From contig JAFQBB010000030.1 of assembly GCA_017416805.1 (NCBI GenBank), forward strand, positions 16,341 to 80,340: a DNA stretch of 64,000 nucleotides, written 5' to 3'. Below, in pieces: positions 9,881 through 18,977 of the stretch; position 1 is the first letter of the stretch, and every line of letters starts with the position of its first letter. Source of the DNA: Bacteroidaceae bacterium. GTDB taxonomy: Bacteria; Bacteroidota; Bacteroidia; Bacteroidales; Bacteroidaceae. The notes beneath the pieces were generated by a model that saw nothing but the letters and a program-made list of their open reading frames with translations, had not been told where the DNA came from and searched no databases. The position numbers and the translations under genes were made by a program.

Positions 9881-9927
9881 ACGAGCTACAAGCTTACATG
9901 TGGCGATACTTGTAACTTGTAGCTCGT
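9881..9927. repeat. Perfect 12 bp stem hairpin of the AGCTACAAG family
   Basis: ACGAGCTACAAG (9881-9892) against CTTGTAGCTCGT (9916-9927), between the SGNH paralog 2 start and the GH43 stop. Confidence 0.9.
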
Positions 9928-9940
9928 AACTGGTCAATGT

Positions 9941-10954
9941 TTAATCATTCTTCACCTTCTGGATAGTGCCGTCCTCGTTGTAGTACAGCTTCTGCACCTT
10001 CAACGAGCGGAGCCAAGTGGTGTCGTTAGAGGGTACACAGTCGTGGTAGAACAGGTACCATTCGCCCTTGTACTCTACGATGCTGTGGTGAGTGGTCCAG
10101 CCCACAACGGGGTCGAGGATGACACCTTGGAACTTGAATGGTCCATAAGGTGTGTCACCGATGGCATAGCAGAGGTAATGGCTGTCTCCGGTGGAGTATG
10201 AGAAATAGTATTTGCCCTTATACTTGTGCATCCATGATGCCTCGAAGAAACGGTGCGGGTCTCCTGCTTTCATAGGCTCACCATTTTCGTCGAGGATAAC
10301 TACTGCGTGGGGCGCTTCGGCAAATTGCAGAACATCATCGCTCATGCGGACAACCATGGAAGGTACGGCCGGAGCATCGGCTGGCAGGAAGAGAGGAGTC
10401 TTCTTGTCGGCAGCAGGACCCATCACTACGCAGCCTTCCTCATTATCAGTTGCGGCAGGAGTGAGGGTGTACCACTGCAACTGTCCGCCCCACAGGCCAC
10501 CGAAGTAGCAATAGATTTGTCCGTCATCGTCCTTGAAGACACAAGGGTCGATACTGAACGAACCGCGGATGGGATGGGGCTCTGGAATGAAGGGGCCTTC
10601 GGGTCTGTCGGCTACAGCCACACCGAGGTGGAACACACCGTTGGGGTCTTTGGCGGAGAAGATGAGGTAGTATTTGCCATTCTTTTCCACTACATCATTG
10701 TCCCACATCTGACGCTCGGCCCAAGGTACTTGCTCTACATCGAGTACCATGCCGTGGTCTGTCACTTCGCCATTCTCCACATCGGTCAGAGAGAGTACGT
10801 GGTAGTCTTTCATCTGGAAATGGCCTCCGTCGTCATCAAAAGCCTCACCGCTGTCACGGTCGTGGCTGGGGAAGATGTAAAGGCGGTCGCCAAACACGTT
10901 GGCCGAAGGATCAGCCATATAGTCACTCGGGAAAAGATATCTGGGAGTTTTCAT
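9941..10954 (-). CDS. Glycoside hydrolase family 43 beta-xylosidase/alpha-L-arabinofuranosidase
   Basis: N-terminal ADPSANVFGDRLYIFPSHD, then DPCVFKDDDG and FEASWMHKYKGKYYFSYS, which are typical GH43 catalytic Asp/Glu blocks. No signal peptide, so cytoplasmic. Confidence 0.85.
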   Translation of the reverse strand: MKTPRYLFPSDYMADPSANVFGDRLYIFPSHDRDSGEAFDDDGGHFQMKDYHVLSLTDVENGEVTDHGMVLDVEQVPWAERQMWDNDVVEKNGKYYLIFSAKDPNGVFHLGVAVADRPEGPFIPEPHPIRGSFSIDPCVFKDDDGQIYCYFGGLWGGQLQWYTLTPAATDNEEGCVVMGPAADKKTPLFLPADAPAVPSMVVRMSDDVLQFAEAPHAVVILDENGEPMKAGDPHRFFEASWMHKYKGKYYFSYSTGDSHYLCYAIGDTPYGPFKFQGVILDPVVGWTTHHSIVEYKGEWYLFYHDCVPSNDTTWLRSLKVQKLYYNEDGTIQKVKND

Positions 10955-10969
10955 AATGTTGTTATTTTG

Positions 10970-12385
10970 TTATTGGTTATTGTTTCTTTGTTCAATTTCG
11001 CGGTTAATTTTGTCAATCACTTCGTCACTCAATTCATATTTCGAAATGATGAACATGGCCAACAGTAACAAGATGGCGGGGATTACGCAAACCAACCACA
11101 GGATGCCCTGTTCGGCTAAGGCGGTCTGTTGGGGAAGTTCGGCATTGAAACCAACCCAAGCCAATACCAATCCGGGAACTACACCACCTAGAGCCATACC
11201 AGCTTTGAAGAAGATTCCAGTCAAAGCATTCACAATGCCAGCAATGCGTCTGCCAGAAGTATATTCACCATAAGAAACAACTTCGGGAACGAGTACCCAC
11301 ATGTAGCCTGTGGCAACAATAATACCAGTACTTTTTACGAACTGTGCTATGCATAGCAAATCGAAACGCTTTAAGGTTTCTACTTGTACGAACACGTACA
11401 TCATGGCCATACCCACGATGGCTGTACCAAGGAAGAGGTAGAACATTCCCTTCTTGCCAATAGCACGCTTGATGGCTGGTACCAAAGGCATGAAGATAAA
11501 GGCAGGAATGGTTCCCAACCACATGAAGGCTGTGGTCATTAGGGGAGTAGCACCTACGTTGTAGCTCATGAAATAAGCATCGGCAGCGTTACCCACACTC
11601 ATCATGGCAAAGGCGGTAACGAAGAAGAAGGCCAATACGCGCAAAGGCTTGTTGCGAAGGAACTCGGTCCACAGGTCGCTTACTTTTACGTTTTCAGACT
11701 CTTTCTGATCCATTACTACACGTTCTTTACACTGTGCAAAACAGAAAATAAGCAGAGCCAAACCTGCCAAACAGAATATAGTCATAGTGATGAACCAGGC
11801 GGGAGCAGCCTCGGGTGTGTTAGTAATCGCTTCGCCATCAGCTCCTATAGGAGCAAATATTGCAATTACCATGGGGAGTGATTTTACGATAAGAGCACCC
11901 AAGTTGGCCATGAACATACGTGTGGAGGTGAGGATGGTAATTTCTTCTGTGTCACGTGTCAGCGAAGAATTTAGTGCTCCATAAGGAACATTCACCAATG
12001 TATAGCACATACTCATACCAACGTAGGTGATGTAGGCATAGATTACAGAACCGCTGAATCCATTCCAAAAACAGAGTATGGCTAAACCAACCAATGGGAT
12101 ACCGCCTAAAATGAGCCATGAACGGTACTTACCCCATTTCGGATTTCCTTTATCGACAAAAGCACCTACCAAAGGATCCCAAAGAACATCAACCAAACGT
12201 ACGATAAGGAACATCAAAGCTGCTGTCCCTGGGTCGAGCCCATAAACATTGGTGTAGAAAAACAATAGCCAAATGCTGACAGTTTGATAAATCAAATTTT
12301 GGGCCATGTCACCCGATCCGAATCCGATGCGCTGTAGCCATGACAGCTTGTAGAATCCTTTCTGTTCTTGTTCTGAATTGCTCAT
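10970..12385 (-). CDS. Glycoside-pentoside-hexuronide (GPH):cation symporter, xyloside transporter-like
   Basis: 471 aa polytopic membrane protein. N-terminal GFGSGDMAQNLIYQ motif of the GPH/MelB-XynP family. Immediately upstream of GH43. Confidence 0.8.
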   Translation of the reverse strand: MSNSEQEQKGFYKLSWLQRIGFGSGDMAQNLIYQTVSIWLLFFYTNVYGLDPGTAALMFLIVRLVDVLWDPLVGAFVDKGNPKWGKYRSWLILGGIPLVGLAILCFWNGFSGSVIYAYITYVGMSMCYTLVNVPYGALNSSLTRDTEEITILTSTRMFMANLGALIVKSLPMVIAIFAPIGADGEAITNTPEAAPAWFITMTIFCLAGLALLIFCFAQCKERVVMDQKESENVKVSDLWTEFLRNKPLRVLAFFFVTAFAMMSVGNAADAYFMSYNVGATPLMTTAFMWLGTIPAFIFMPLVPAIKRAIGKKGMFYLFLGTAIVGMAMMYVFVQVETLKRFDLLCIAQFVKSTGIIVATGYMWVLVPEVVSYGEYTSGRRIAGIVNALTGIFFKAGMALGGVVPGLVLAWVGFNAELPQQTALAEQGILWLVCVIPAILLLLAMFIISKYELSDEVIDKINREIEQRNNNQ

Positions 12386-12551
12386 GATTATGATTAGTTT
12401 AAATTAATATTTCATTGATTCTTTCTTACTTATTTTGGTTTGAAACAGATCAAAAACGTATAGAACTGTCATATTTTGAAACATAGTTTATCGACTAGAA
12501 CTTATGTTCATGTTTTTCTACTCAAACTAGAATAACTCAACTTTATCGATG

Positions 12552-12559
12552 CAAAAATA
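12552..12559 (-). promoter_or_regulatory. Candidate -7 box (TATTTTTG on the minus strand) for the xyloside transporter-GH43-SGNH-GH67 operon
   Basis: The plus strand reads CAAAAATA, the reverse complement of TAnnTTTG, 167 nt upstream of the start at 12385. Position only; not unique. Confidence 0.3.
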
Positions 12560-12744
12560 CATTTTTTGTCTTGTATCTATAGGTTTGTCATGTTGCATAT
12601 ACTTTCAAATATGTTTCATAACTAAGTAAAATTAGGATAATTCTATTCTTTAAATTAGATTCTATGTCTTCTGGTAGATTCTATTTTGCAAAATAGGGTA
12701 TTGGTGTTCGATAAAAATAGAAAGAGAATATGTTAAGTGAAAAG

Positions 12745-12810
12745 TTTAGGCACAGATTACACGGATTAACAGATAGGTTATAATATATATCTGTGTAATC
12801 TGTGCCTAAA
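12745..12810. repeat. Perfect 18 bp stem hairpin of the GATTACACGG-word family (terminator-like, after the esterase gene)
   Basis: TTTAGGCACAGATTACAC against GTGTAATCTGTGCCTAAA. The loop contains GATAGGTTATAAT. Confidence 0.9.
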
Positions 12811-12858
12811 AATGATAAAAATGTTTTGGCGTTTCCTCTTTTGAAGGAATAAGAGCAT

Positions 12859-13713
12859 TTATTTGTTGATTTCTCTCAGCCACTTGGACAGTTCATTTGT
12901 CCACTGTTCTTTGTAAATGAAACTGTCGCGGAATCCCCATCCGTGTCCACCGGTAGGGTAGAGGTGCATGGTGACGGGAACTTTGTTGGCTACCAGAGCG
13001 CGATAATAGCGGAGACTGTTCTCTACCGGTACGGCACGGTCATCGCTGGAGTGCATGATGAAGGCTTTGGGAGTACGTTCGGTCACCTGCAGTTCGTTGC
13101 AATAGAGGCGTACTGTCTCTTCATCAGGATTCTTGCCAAGAAGCCATGTGCGGGTACCCTGGTGGGTAATCTCGTTGTCGAGCGAAACAACAGGATAGAA
13201 GAGTATCTGGAAATCAGGACGTACAGTCTCTTCTGTATCGAAGTGTGTAGCGGCTGTTGCAGCCAAATGTCCTCCGGCTGATGAACCTTGGATACCAATC
13301 TTATTGGGACTTACTCCCCACTCGGCACCTCGTTGACGCATGATGCGGATGGCTTGTTGGGCATCGCTCAGGGGAATCTCTTTATGCATGTTGGGCAGAC
13401 GATAGACAAGCACGGCAAAAGTGATGCCTTGTGCATTGTACCAAGCGGCTTGGTCATGTCCTTCGTGTGCTGTGGCCAGGTGGCTGTATCCTCCACCCGG
13501 ACAGGCTATGACGGCCATGCCTGTATTGCGTCCCTTGGGTGCAGGATAGACGGTGAGGGTGGCTTCATGATACATCTTGTCACCTTCTTTCAGTTCATTA
13601 CTGTTGGGGGCACCTTGCTCCCAAAGTTTCAGTTCGATGGTGCCTTTCTGTTGTGCAGAGGCTCCGAATACGGTTGCTAATGCGGCCATTGCGGCGATGA
13701 TGATTTTTTTCAT
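12859..13713 (-). CDS. Secreted alpha/beta-hydrolase esterase (acetyl esterase/xylanase-like)
   Basis: GxSxG nucleophile elbow GSSAGGHLA, then HSSDDRAV and GGHGW (Asp/His). I take the start at MKKIIIAAMA (13713). The track's longer start at 13746 is encoded by the GC-rich hairpin repeat. Confidence 0.75.
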   Translation of the reverse strand: MKKIIIAAMAALATVFGASAQQKGTIELKLWEQGAPNSNELKEGDKMYHEATLTVYPAPKGRNTGMAVIACPGGGYSHLATAHEGHDQAAWYNAQGITFAVLVYRLPNMHKEIPLSDAQQAIRIMRQRGAEWGVSPNKIGIQGSSAGGHLAATAATHFDTEETVRPDFQILFYPVVSLDNEITHQGTRTWLLGKNPDEETVRLYCNELQVTERTPKAFIMHSSDDRAVPVENSLRYYRALVANKVPVTMHLYPTGGHGWGFRDSFIYKEQWTNELSKWLREINK

Positions 13714-13733
13714 GTGTAATAAAGACCCTCCCC

Positions 13734-13895
13734 CTTGCCCCTCCACAAGGGAGGGGAGTGGGTACTTTTTTCTCAGACGGGTCAGTTCTTCTTTTAATTA
13801 GAGTTATATAGATTATCTTTCTCTCTTCGTTTATGTGGGAGCACTATTTACTCCCCTCCCTTGTGGAGGGGTTGGGGGTGGGGCCGCTCATACTT
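13734..13895. repeat. Pair of inverted GC-rich mini-hairpins (CCCCTCC..GGGAGGGG family) flanking an ~85 bp AT-rich spacer
   Basis: CCCCTCCACAAGGGAGGGGAGT (13750-13771) is the exact reverse complement of ACTCCCCTCCCTTGTGGAGGGG (13860-13881). Confidence 0.9.
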
Positions 13896-15865
13896 GCTTT
13901 AATAAAATACCAAATCAGTGCGACATAAGCCACCAGGGCGGCCACTTCGCTCCATGAATTGCTGATCCATTCGGTGCTCATCAGATCAATGCCACCGAAT
14001 CGCATGGCTGCGCTGACTACTCCCATCAAGGCTCCACCGGCAATGAAACCTGAGGCAAGCAGGGTTCCCTTTTCACCACGTTCAGTATTGATGGTGGTAT
14101 CTTTACTACGGGTAGTGACGTACCAGTTGATGGCTCCACCGACAAGCAACGGAGTGTTCAGTTCGAGGGGAATGAACATACCCAAGGCAAAGGCAAGGGC
14201 AGGCACACCACACCAAGTGAGAATGATGGCGAGCAAAGCACCGATGCCATAGAGTAACCAAGGTGCACCTACACCACTCATCAGCGGTTCGATAACGGCT
14301 GCCATAGCATTAGCTTGCGGAGCAGCAAGTTGTCCGCTGGTGAAGCCGTATGTCTGATTCAGAATCATGATGACACCACCTACCGTGGCTGCTGACACAA
14401 GGGTTCCGAGGAATTTCCAACCCTCTTGCTTCTGAGGTGTTGTACCTACCCAGTAGCCAATCTTGAGGTCGGTGATGAAACCACCTGCCATAGAGAGAGC
14501 GGTACATACCACACCACCCATGATGAGGGCGGCTACCATACCGGTAGTTCCTTCAAGACCCACAGCTACCATGATGACAGAGGCAAGGATGAGGGTCATC
14601 AGCGTCATACCCGAAACGGGGTTACTTCCTACAATGGCAATGGCATTGGCTGCTACAGTGGTAAAGAGGAAGGCAATGATGGCTACGAGCAAAATGCCTA
14701 CTACAGCATGAAGCACGTTGCCTTGCATCACGTCGAGGTAGAAGAAGAGGAACACGAGCAACAAGGTGATGATAGAGCCAAAAGCGATAATCTTCATTGA
14801 AAGGTCGCGTTGGGTGCGGGGTTGGGCAGAAGCGTCACCTCCCTTACCCTTCATCTCTTTGGCAGCAAGGCCAACGGCACTTTTGATGATACCCCATGAA
14901 CGGATGATACCAATGATACCGGCCATGGCAATGCCACCGATACCGATGCTCTTGGCATAAGCTGTAAATATCTGTTCAGGAGACATTTCGCCTACTGTCT
15001 GTGTGATTTCCGGATTCCATTGGTTGAGCACCACATCGCCCCAAATGAGTGACATGCCGGGAATAATAATCCACCATACGGCCAACGAGCCGAAACAGAT
15101 GATGGCTGCATACTTCAACCCTACGATATAACCGAGACCAAGCACTGCCGCACCGGTGTTGATTTTGAATACCAATTTGGCTTTGTCGGCAATGGCTTCG
15201 CCCCATCCGCAGATGCGTGTGGTGAAGTTCTCATTCCACCATCCGAAAGTGGCTACGATGAAGTCGTAGAGACCACCTACAAGGCCGGCAATCAATAGAG
15301 GCTTGGCTTGGTTTCCACTCTTTTCACCCGAAATGAGCACCTGTGTGGTAGCTGTCGCTTCGGGGAAAGGATACTTGCCATGCATATCGCTCACAAAATA
15401 TTTGCGGAAGGGGATGAGGAAAAGGATACCCAACACACCACCCAGCAACGAGCTGATGAACACCTGGAAGAAGTTCACCGTCATTTCGGGGTACTTGGCC
15501 TGCAGAATGTAAAGCGCAGGTAATGTGAAGATGGCACCTGCTACGATGACGCCCGAGCAGGCACCGATGCTTTGAATGATGACATTCTCGCCCAGTGCAT
15601 TCTTGCGTTTGGCTGCACCCGATACACCTACAGCAATGATGGCAATGGGAATGGCTGCCTCAAATACTTGTCCCACTTTCAAGCCCAAATAAGCGGCGGC
15701 AGCTGAAAATAATACAGCCATACCGATTCCCCAAAGTACCGACCACAAGTTGACCTCGGGGTAGCTTTTCTTAGGTGACAGGATGGGTTCATACTTCTCA
15801 CCTTCCTTCAATTCACGGAAGGCATTTTCGGGAAGTCCCGTAAATTGTTCGTCTTGTTTTTCCAT
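13844..15865 (-). CDS. OPT-family oligopeptide transporter
   Basis: 673 aa with about 16 predicted TM segments. N-terminus MEKQDEQFTGLPENAFRELKEGEKYEPILSP is typical of Bacteroidales OPT proteins. The last ~12 codons (PTPNPSTREGSK) are read through a GC hairpin repeat. Confidence 0.8.
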   Translation of the reverse strand: MEKQDEQFTGLPENAFRELKEGEKYEPILSPKKSYPEVNLWSVLWGIGMAVLFSAAAAYLGLKVGQVFEAAIPIAIIAVGVSGAAKRKNALGENVIIQSIGACSGVIVAGAIFTLPALYILQAKYPEMTVNFFQVFISSLLGGVLGILFLIPFRKYFVSDMHGKYPFPEATATTQVLISGEKSGNQAKPLLIAGLVGGLYDFIVATFGWWNENFTTRICGWGEAIADKAKLVFKINTGAAVLGLGYIVGLKYAAIICFGSLAVWWIIIPGMSLIWGDVVLNQWNPEITQTVGEMSPEQIFTAYAKSIGIGGIAMAGIIGIIRSWGIIKSAVGLAAKEMKGKGGDASAQPRTQRDLSMKIIAFGSIITLLLVFLFFYLDVMQGNVLHAVVGILLVAIIAFLFTTVAANAIAIVGSNPVSGMTLMTLILASVIMVAVGLEGTTGMVAALIMGGVVCTALSMAGGFITDLKIGYWVGTTPQKQEGWKFLGTLVSAATVGGVIMILNQTYGFTSGQLAAPQANAMAAVIEPLMSGVGAPWLLYGIGALLAIILTWCGVPALAFALGMFIPLELNTPLLVGGAINWYVTTRSKDTTINTERGEKGTLLASGFIAGGALMGVVSAAMRFGGIDLMSTEWISNSWSEVAALVAYVALIWYFIKASMSGPTPNPSTREGSK

Positions 15866-15990
15866 GTCTGTTAATTATCGATTTCTGAATTTGTCAGTTT
15901 GAAAGTCTTTCAGATAATTCTTCTAAGAGAATTTAAAGTCCGTGCAAAAATAAGATATTTCATTGGAAGGGGCAACTATTTTGAGTAATT

Positions 15991-16174
15991 AAGTGATGTA
16001 TAAAAAATAACTTGCTTAATTTTTTGTATTGAAAAGTCTGTTTCTTTTTGCGTTCTTTCTGCATCTTTTATCCTTGTTCATCGGGTCACATAGCTCGCTA
16101 TGTTCCCTCCTCACAGGAATAAAATACATCAGAAATAACTTAAAAATTAACCAACTTCTTTTTTATACATCACT
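15991..16174. repeat. MITE-like unit with ~33 bp terminal inverted repeats around a ~115 bp core
   Basis: AGTGATGTATAAAAAATAACTTGCTTAATTTTT against the reverse complement of AAAAATTAACCAACTTCTTTTTTATACATCACT, with 3 mismatches. The core has its own ACATAGC-TC-GCTATGT hairpin. Confidence 0.7.
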
Positions 16175-16257
16175 AAAAAAGTGAAAAATAAAGAACCGTG
16201 ATTGAAAACGTTGAATCCTTTACTTTTCACTCTTTATCCTTTACCTTCGAAGAAAGG

Positions 16258-16692
16258 TTATAGGCACGGTATCTTTTCGATACGACGTGCATGACGACCA
16301 CCTTCGAAAGGTGTGTTGAAATATTTGTTCAGAATGCTGTCTGCTACAGTATTGGTAACGAACCGACCTGGCATAACCAGAACGTTGGCATTGTTGTGTT
16401 GGCGGGCCAACTCTGCAATTTCGGGACACCAGCAGAGAGCTGCACGGATACCTTGATGCTTGTTCAGCGTCATATTGATACCATTTCCACTTCCACAGAT
16501 GGCAATACCGCGTTCGTGTTCACCCGCTTCAATGGCTGATGCCAAAGGGTGAGCCACATCGGCATAGTCCATACTCTCAGGAGCATAGCAACCATAATCC
16601 TTGTAAGCATATCCCTTCTCCTCCAACCATTGGAGAACATATTTCTTCAATTCAAATCCTGCGTGGTCGCAGCAAATTCCAATTGTTTCCAT
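16258..16692 (-). CDS. rpiB: Ribose-5-phosphate isomerase B
   Basis: GICCDHAGFELK and ICGSGNGI motifs. Start taken at METIGI. Confidence 0.9.
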   Translation of the reverse strand: METIGICCDHAGFELKKYVLQWLEEKGYAYKDYGCYAPESMDYADVAHPLASAIEAGEHERGIAICGSGNGINMTLNKHQGIRAALCWCPEIAELARQHNNANVLVMPGRFVTNTVADSILNKYFNTPFEGGRHARRIEKIPCL

Positions 16693-16780
16693 AATTGTAT
16701 AAAAATATAGACCCACCAGAATCTTCCCTATGAGGGAGGACTTGAAAATACTATTGCCATTGATTGACAGGAGAAGTCAA

Positions 16781-16814
16781 GCCCCCTCCCTCACAGGGAG
16801 GGATGGGGTGGGTC
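16781..16814. repeat. GC-rich mini-hairpin (same family as 13734-13895) between rpiB and tkt
   Basis: GCCCCCTCCCTCACAGGGAGGGATGGGGTGGGTC, with stem CCCTCCC/GGGAGGG. Confidence 0.8.
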
Positions 16815-16825
16815 AGGTTTGTTTC

Positions 16826-18844
16826 TTACAGCATTGCTTTCACCTGATTATATACATTCTCTGCTGTGAAGCCGAGTTTCTCATCAAGTACTTTGTAAGG
16901 AGCACTGAAGCCGAAGCTTTCGAGACCCCATACCTTACCCTCGTGAGCAGGAACAAGACCTTGCAGGTTGACGGGAAGACCGGCAGTAAGACCGAACTTC
17001 TTCACACCTGCGGGCAATACCTGAGCCTGATACTCGGGGCACTGGCTGCGGAAGAGTCCTTCAGAAGGAACGCTCACGATAGAGCACTTCACACCATCCT
17101 TGCGGAGCAACTCGGCACCGGCAACGAGGGTAGAAACTTCTGAACCAGAGGCTACGAGGATAACGTCAGCGTCAGCATCAGAACCGGCTACGATGTAAGC
17201 TCCCTTAGCAGCCTGGGCATAGTCGTTGCCTGCGGGCAGATCGGCAATGTTCTGACGGCTGAGGATGAGGGCAGTAGGAGTGGCTGTGTTGGCCATTGCG
17301 AGTGCCCAAGCCTCGGTAGTTTCCTTGGCATCAGCAGGACGGAGCACGAGGGTAGAGTTGTGACCCTTATGATTTTTCAGTTTCTCCATCAAGCGGATCT
17401 GTGCCTCTTGTTCAACGGGTTCGTGAGTAGGACCGTCTTCACCTACGCGGAAGGCATCGTGTGTCCAGATGAACTTCACGGGCAATTCCATGAGGGCTGC
17501 CATACGAACGGCGGGTTTCATGTAGTCAGAGAATACGAAGAAGGTACCGCAAGCGGGGATAACACCACCGTGGAGAGCCATACCGATGCAGCAGCAGGCC
17601 ATTGTCAACTCGGCTACACCTGCCTGGAAGAATGCACCGCTGAAGTCGCCCTTGGCAAGAGCCTTGGTCTTCTTCAAGAAACCGTCGGTCTTGTCAGAGT
17701 TAGAGAGGTCGGCAGAGGCACAAATCATGTTGGGTACCTGCTCTGCAAGGGCAGAGAGACATGCGGCAGAAGCATTACGGGTAGCGTCGCCCGCCTTCTG
17801 TTCAACCTTGCTCCAGTCAATCTGGGGAGCCTTGTTGGCAAACCAGTCAGCCTGTGCAGCAGCCTTCTCGGGATTAGCAGCAGCCCATTCAGCCTCTTCG
17901 GCATAGCGGGCAGCGCAGATAGCCTTCAACTCTTCAGCACGCTTGGCATAGAGTTCCTTCACGTCGTCGAAGATTTGGAAAGGATTCTCGGGATCGCCAC
18001 CGAGGTTCTTCACTGTGTTGGTGAAAGCGTCGCCACCGAGAGGAGCACCGTGAGTCTTGCAGTTGCGCTCGTAAGAAGAGCCGTCGGCCTTCAAAGCACC
18101 CTTACCCATGATACACTTACCGATGATGAGGGCGGGCTTGCCTTCAACAGCCTTGGCTGCTTCGATAGCTTTGCGGATTTCAGCAGCGTCGTTACCATTA
18201 ATTTCAATCACTTCCCAACCGAGGGCACGATACTTGGCAGCAGTGTCTTCGTTCATAACTTCAGCAGTCTCGGTAGAGAGCTGGATGTCGTTAGAGTCGT
18301 AGAACATGATGAGGTTGTCCAATCCCAATACACCAGCTACGCGGGCTGCACCCTGAGAAATCTCCTCCTGAATACCACCGTCAGAGATATAAGCGTAGAT
18401 GGTTTCTTTTGCGAAAGTGGGGTTGCCTGTGTGGGCAGCCAAGAACTTGGCAGCGATGGCAGCACCTACGGCAAAGGTGTGACCTTGACCAAGGGGACCT
18501 GATGTATTTTCGATACCACGGGCAATTTCAAACTCGGGGTGACCGGTAGTGGGAGAGCCCCACTGACGGAGTTGGGCAATCTCTTCAAGGCTGAACTTGC
18601 CGATGAGAGCCAACTGGGCATAGAGCATAGGAGCCATGTGACCGGGGTCGAGGAAGAAACGGTCGCGACCTACCCACGTGGGGTTTTCGGGGTCGTAGTT
18701 GAGGTACTCAGAATAGAGCACGTTGATGAAATCGGCACCACCCATAGCACCACCGGGGTGACCTGATTTTGCTTTCTCTACAGAAGCGGCAGCCAAGATA
18801 CGGATATTGTCGGCTGCGTGGTTCAATACTTTAATGTCGTTCAT
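16826..18844 (-). CDS. tkt: Transketolase
   Basis: 672 aa. SGHPGGAMG, the TPP-binding block ISDGGIQEEISQGA, and a full-length transketolase architecture. Confidence 0.95.
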   Translation of the reverse strand: MNDIKVLNHAADNIRILAAASVEKAKSGHPGGAMGGADFINVLYSEYLNYDPENPTWVGRDRFFLDPGHMAPMLYAQLALIGKFSLEEIAQLRQWGSPTTGHPEFEIARGIENTSGPLGQGHTFAVGAAIAAKFLAAHTGNPTFAKETIYAYISDGGIQEEISQGAARVAGVLGLDNLIMFYDSNDIQLSTETAEVMNEDTAAKYRALGWEVIEINGNDAAEIRKAIEAAKAVEGKPALIIGKCIMGKGALKADGSSYERNCKTHGAPLGGDAFTNTVKNLGGDPENPFQIFDDVKELYAKRAEELKAICAARYAEEAEWAAANPEKAAAQADWFANKAPQIDWSKVEQKAGDATRNASAACLSALAEQVPNMICASADLSNSDKTDGFLKKTKALAKGDFSGAFFQAGVAELTMACCCIGMALHGGVIPACGTFFVFSDYMKPAVRMAALMELPVKFIWTHDAFRVGEDGPTHEPVEQEAQIRLMEKLKNHKGHNSTLVLRPADAKETTEAWALAMANTATPTALILSRQNIADLPAGNDYAQAAKGAYIVAGSDADADVILVASGSEVSTLVAGAELLRKDGVKCSIVSVPSEGLFRSQCPEYQAQVLPAGVKKFGLTAGLPVNLQGLVPAHEGKVWGLESFGFSAPYKVLDEKLGFTAENVYNQVKAML

Positions 18845-18847
18845 AAA

Positions 18848-18977
18848 TTTATTTACAATTTACAATTTACAAATTACGATTTATTAGATTCCATTTTTTA
18901 CTCTTTACCAATTACAAGTTACTGATATATAGCATGTGCTTACCTTGTAAATTGTACATGGTAAATTGTACATGTAC
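18848..18977. repeat. TACAATTT-word hairpin element filling the tkt-kinase gap
   Basis: Left arm ATTTACAATTTACAATTTACAAATTAC. Right arm TTGTAAATTGTACATGGTAAATTGTACATGTAC. Confidence 0.85.

Noticed and set aside
3084-13713. Calling the xylan gene cluster a polysaccharide utilization locus (PUL).
   Set aside because: No SusC/SusD-like pair or hybrid two-component regulator is present in the window, so only a xylo-oligosaccharide processing operon can be supported here.
13714-13746. Longer N-terminal starts proposed by the ORF track: 13746, 16716, 26956, 41268, 42536, 51304, 55480 and 62591.
   Set aside because: The extensions run through repeat or hairpin sequence or lack family conservation. 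Internal starts restore canonical N-termini (signal peptides, [10 protein letters not shown] for Pth, MSLKIVVLAK for EtfB, and so on).
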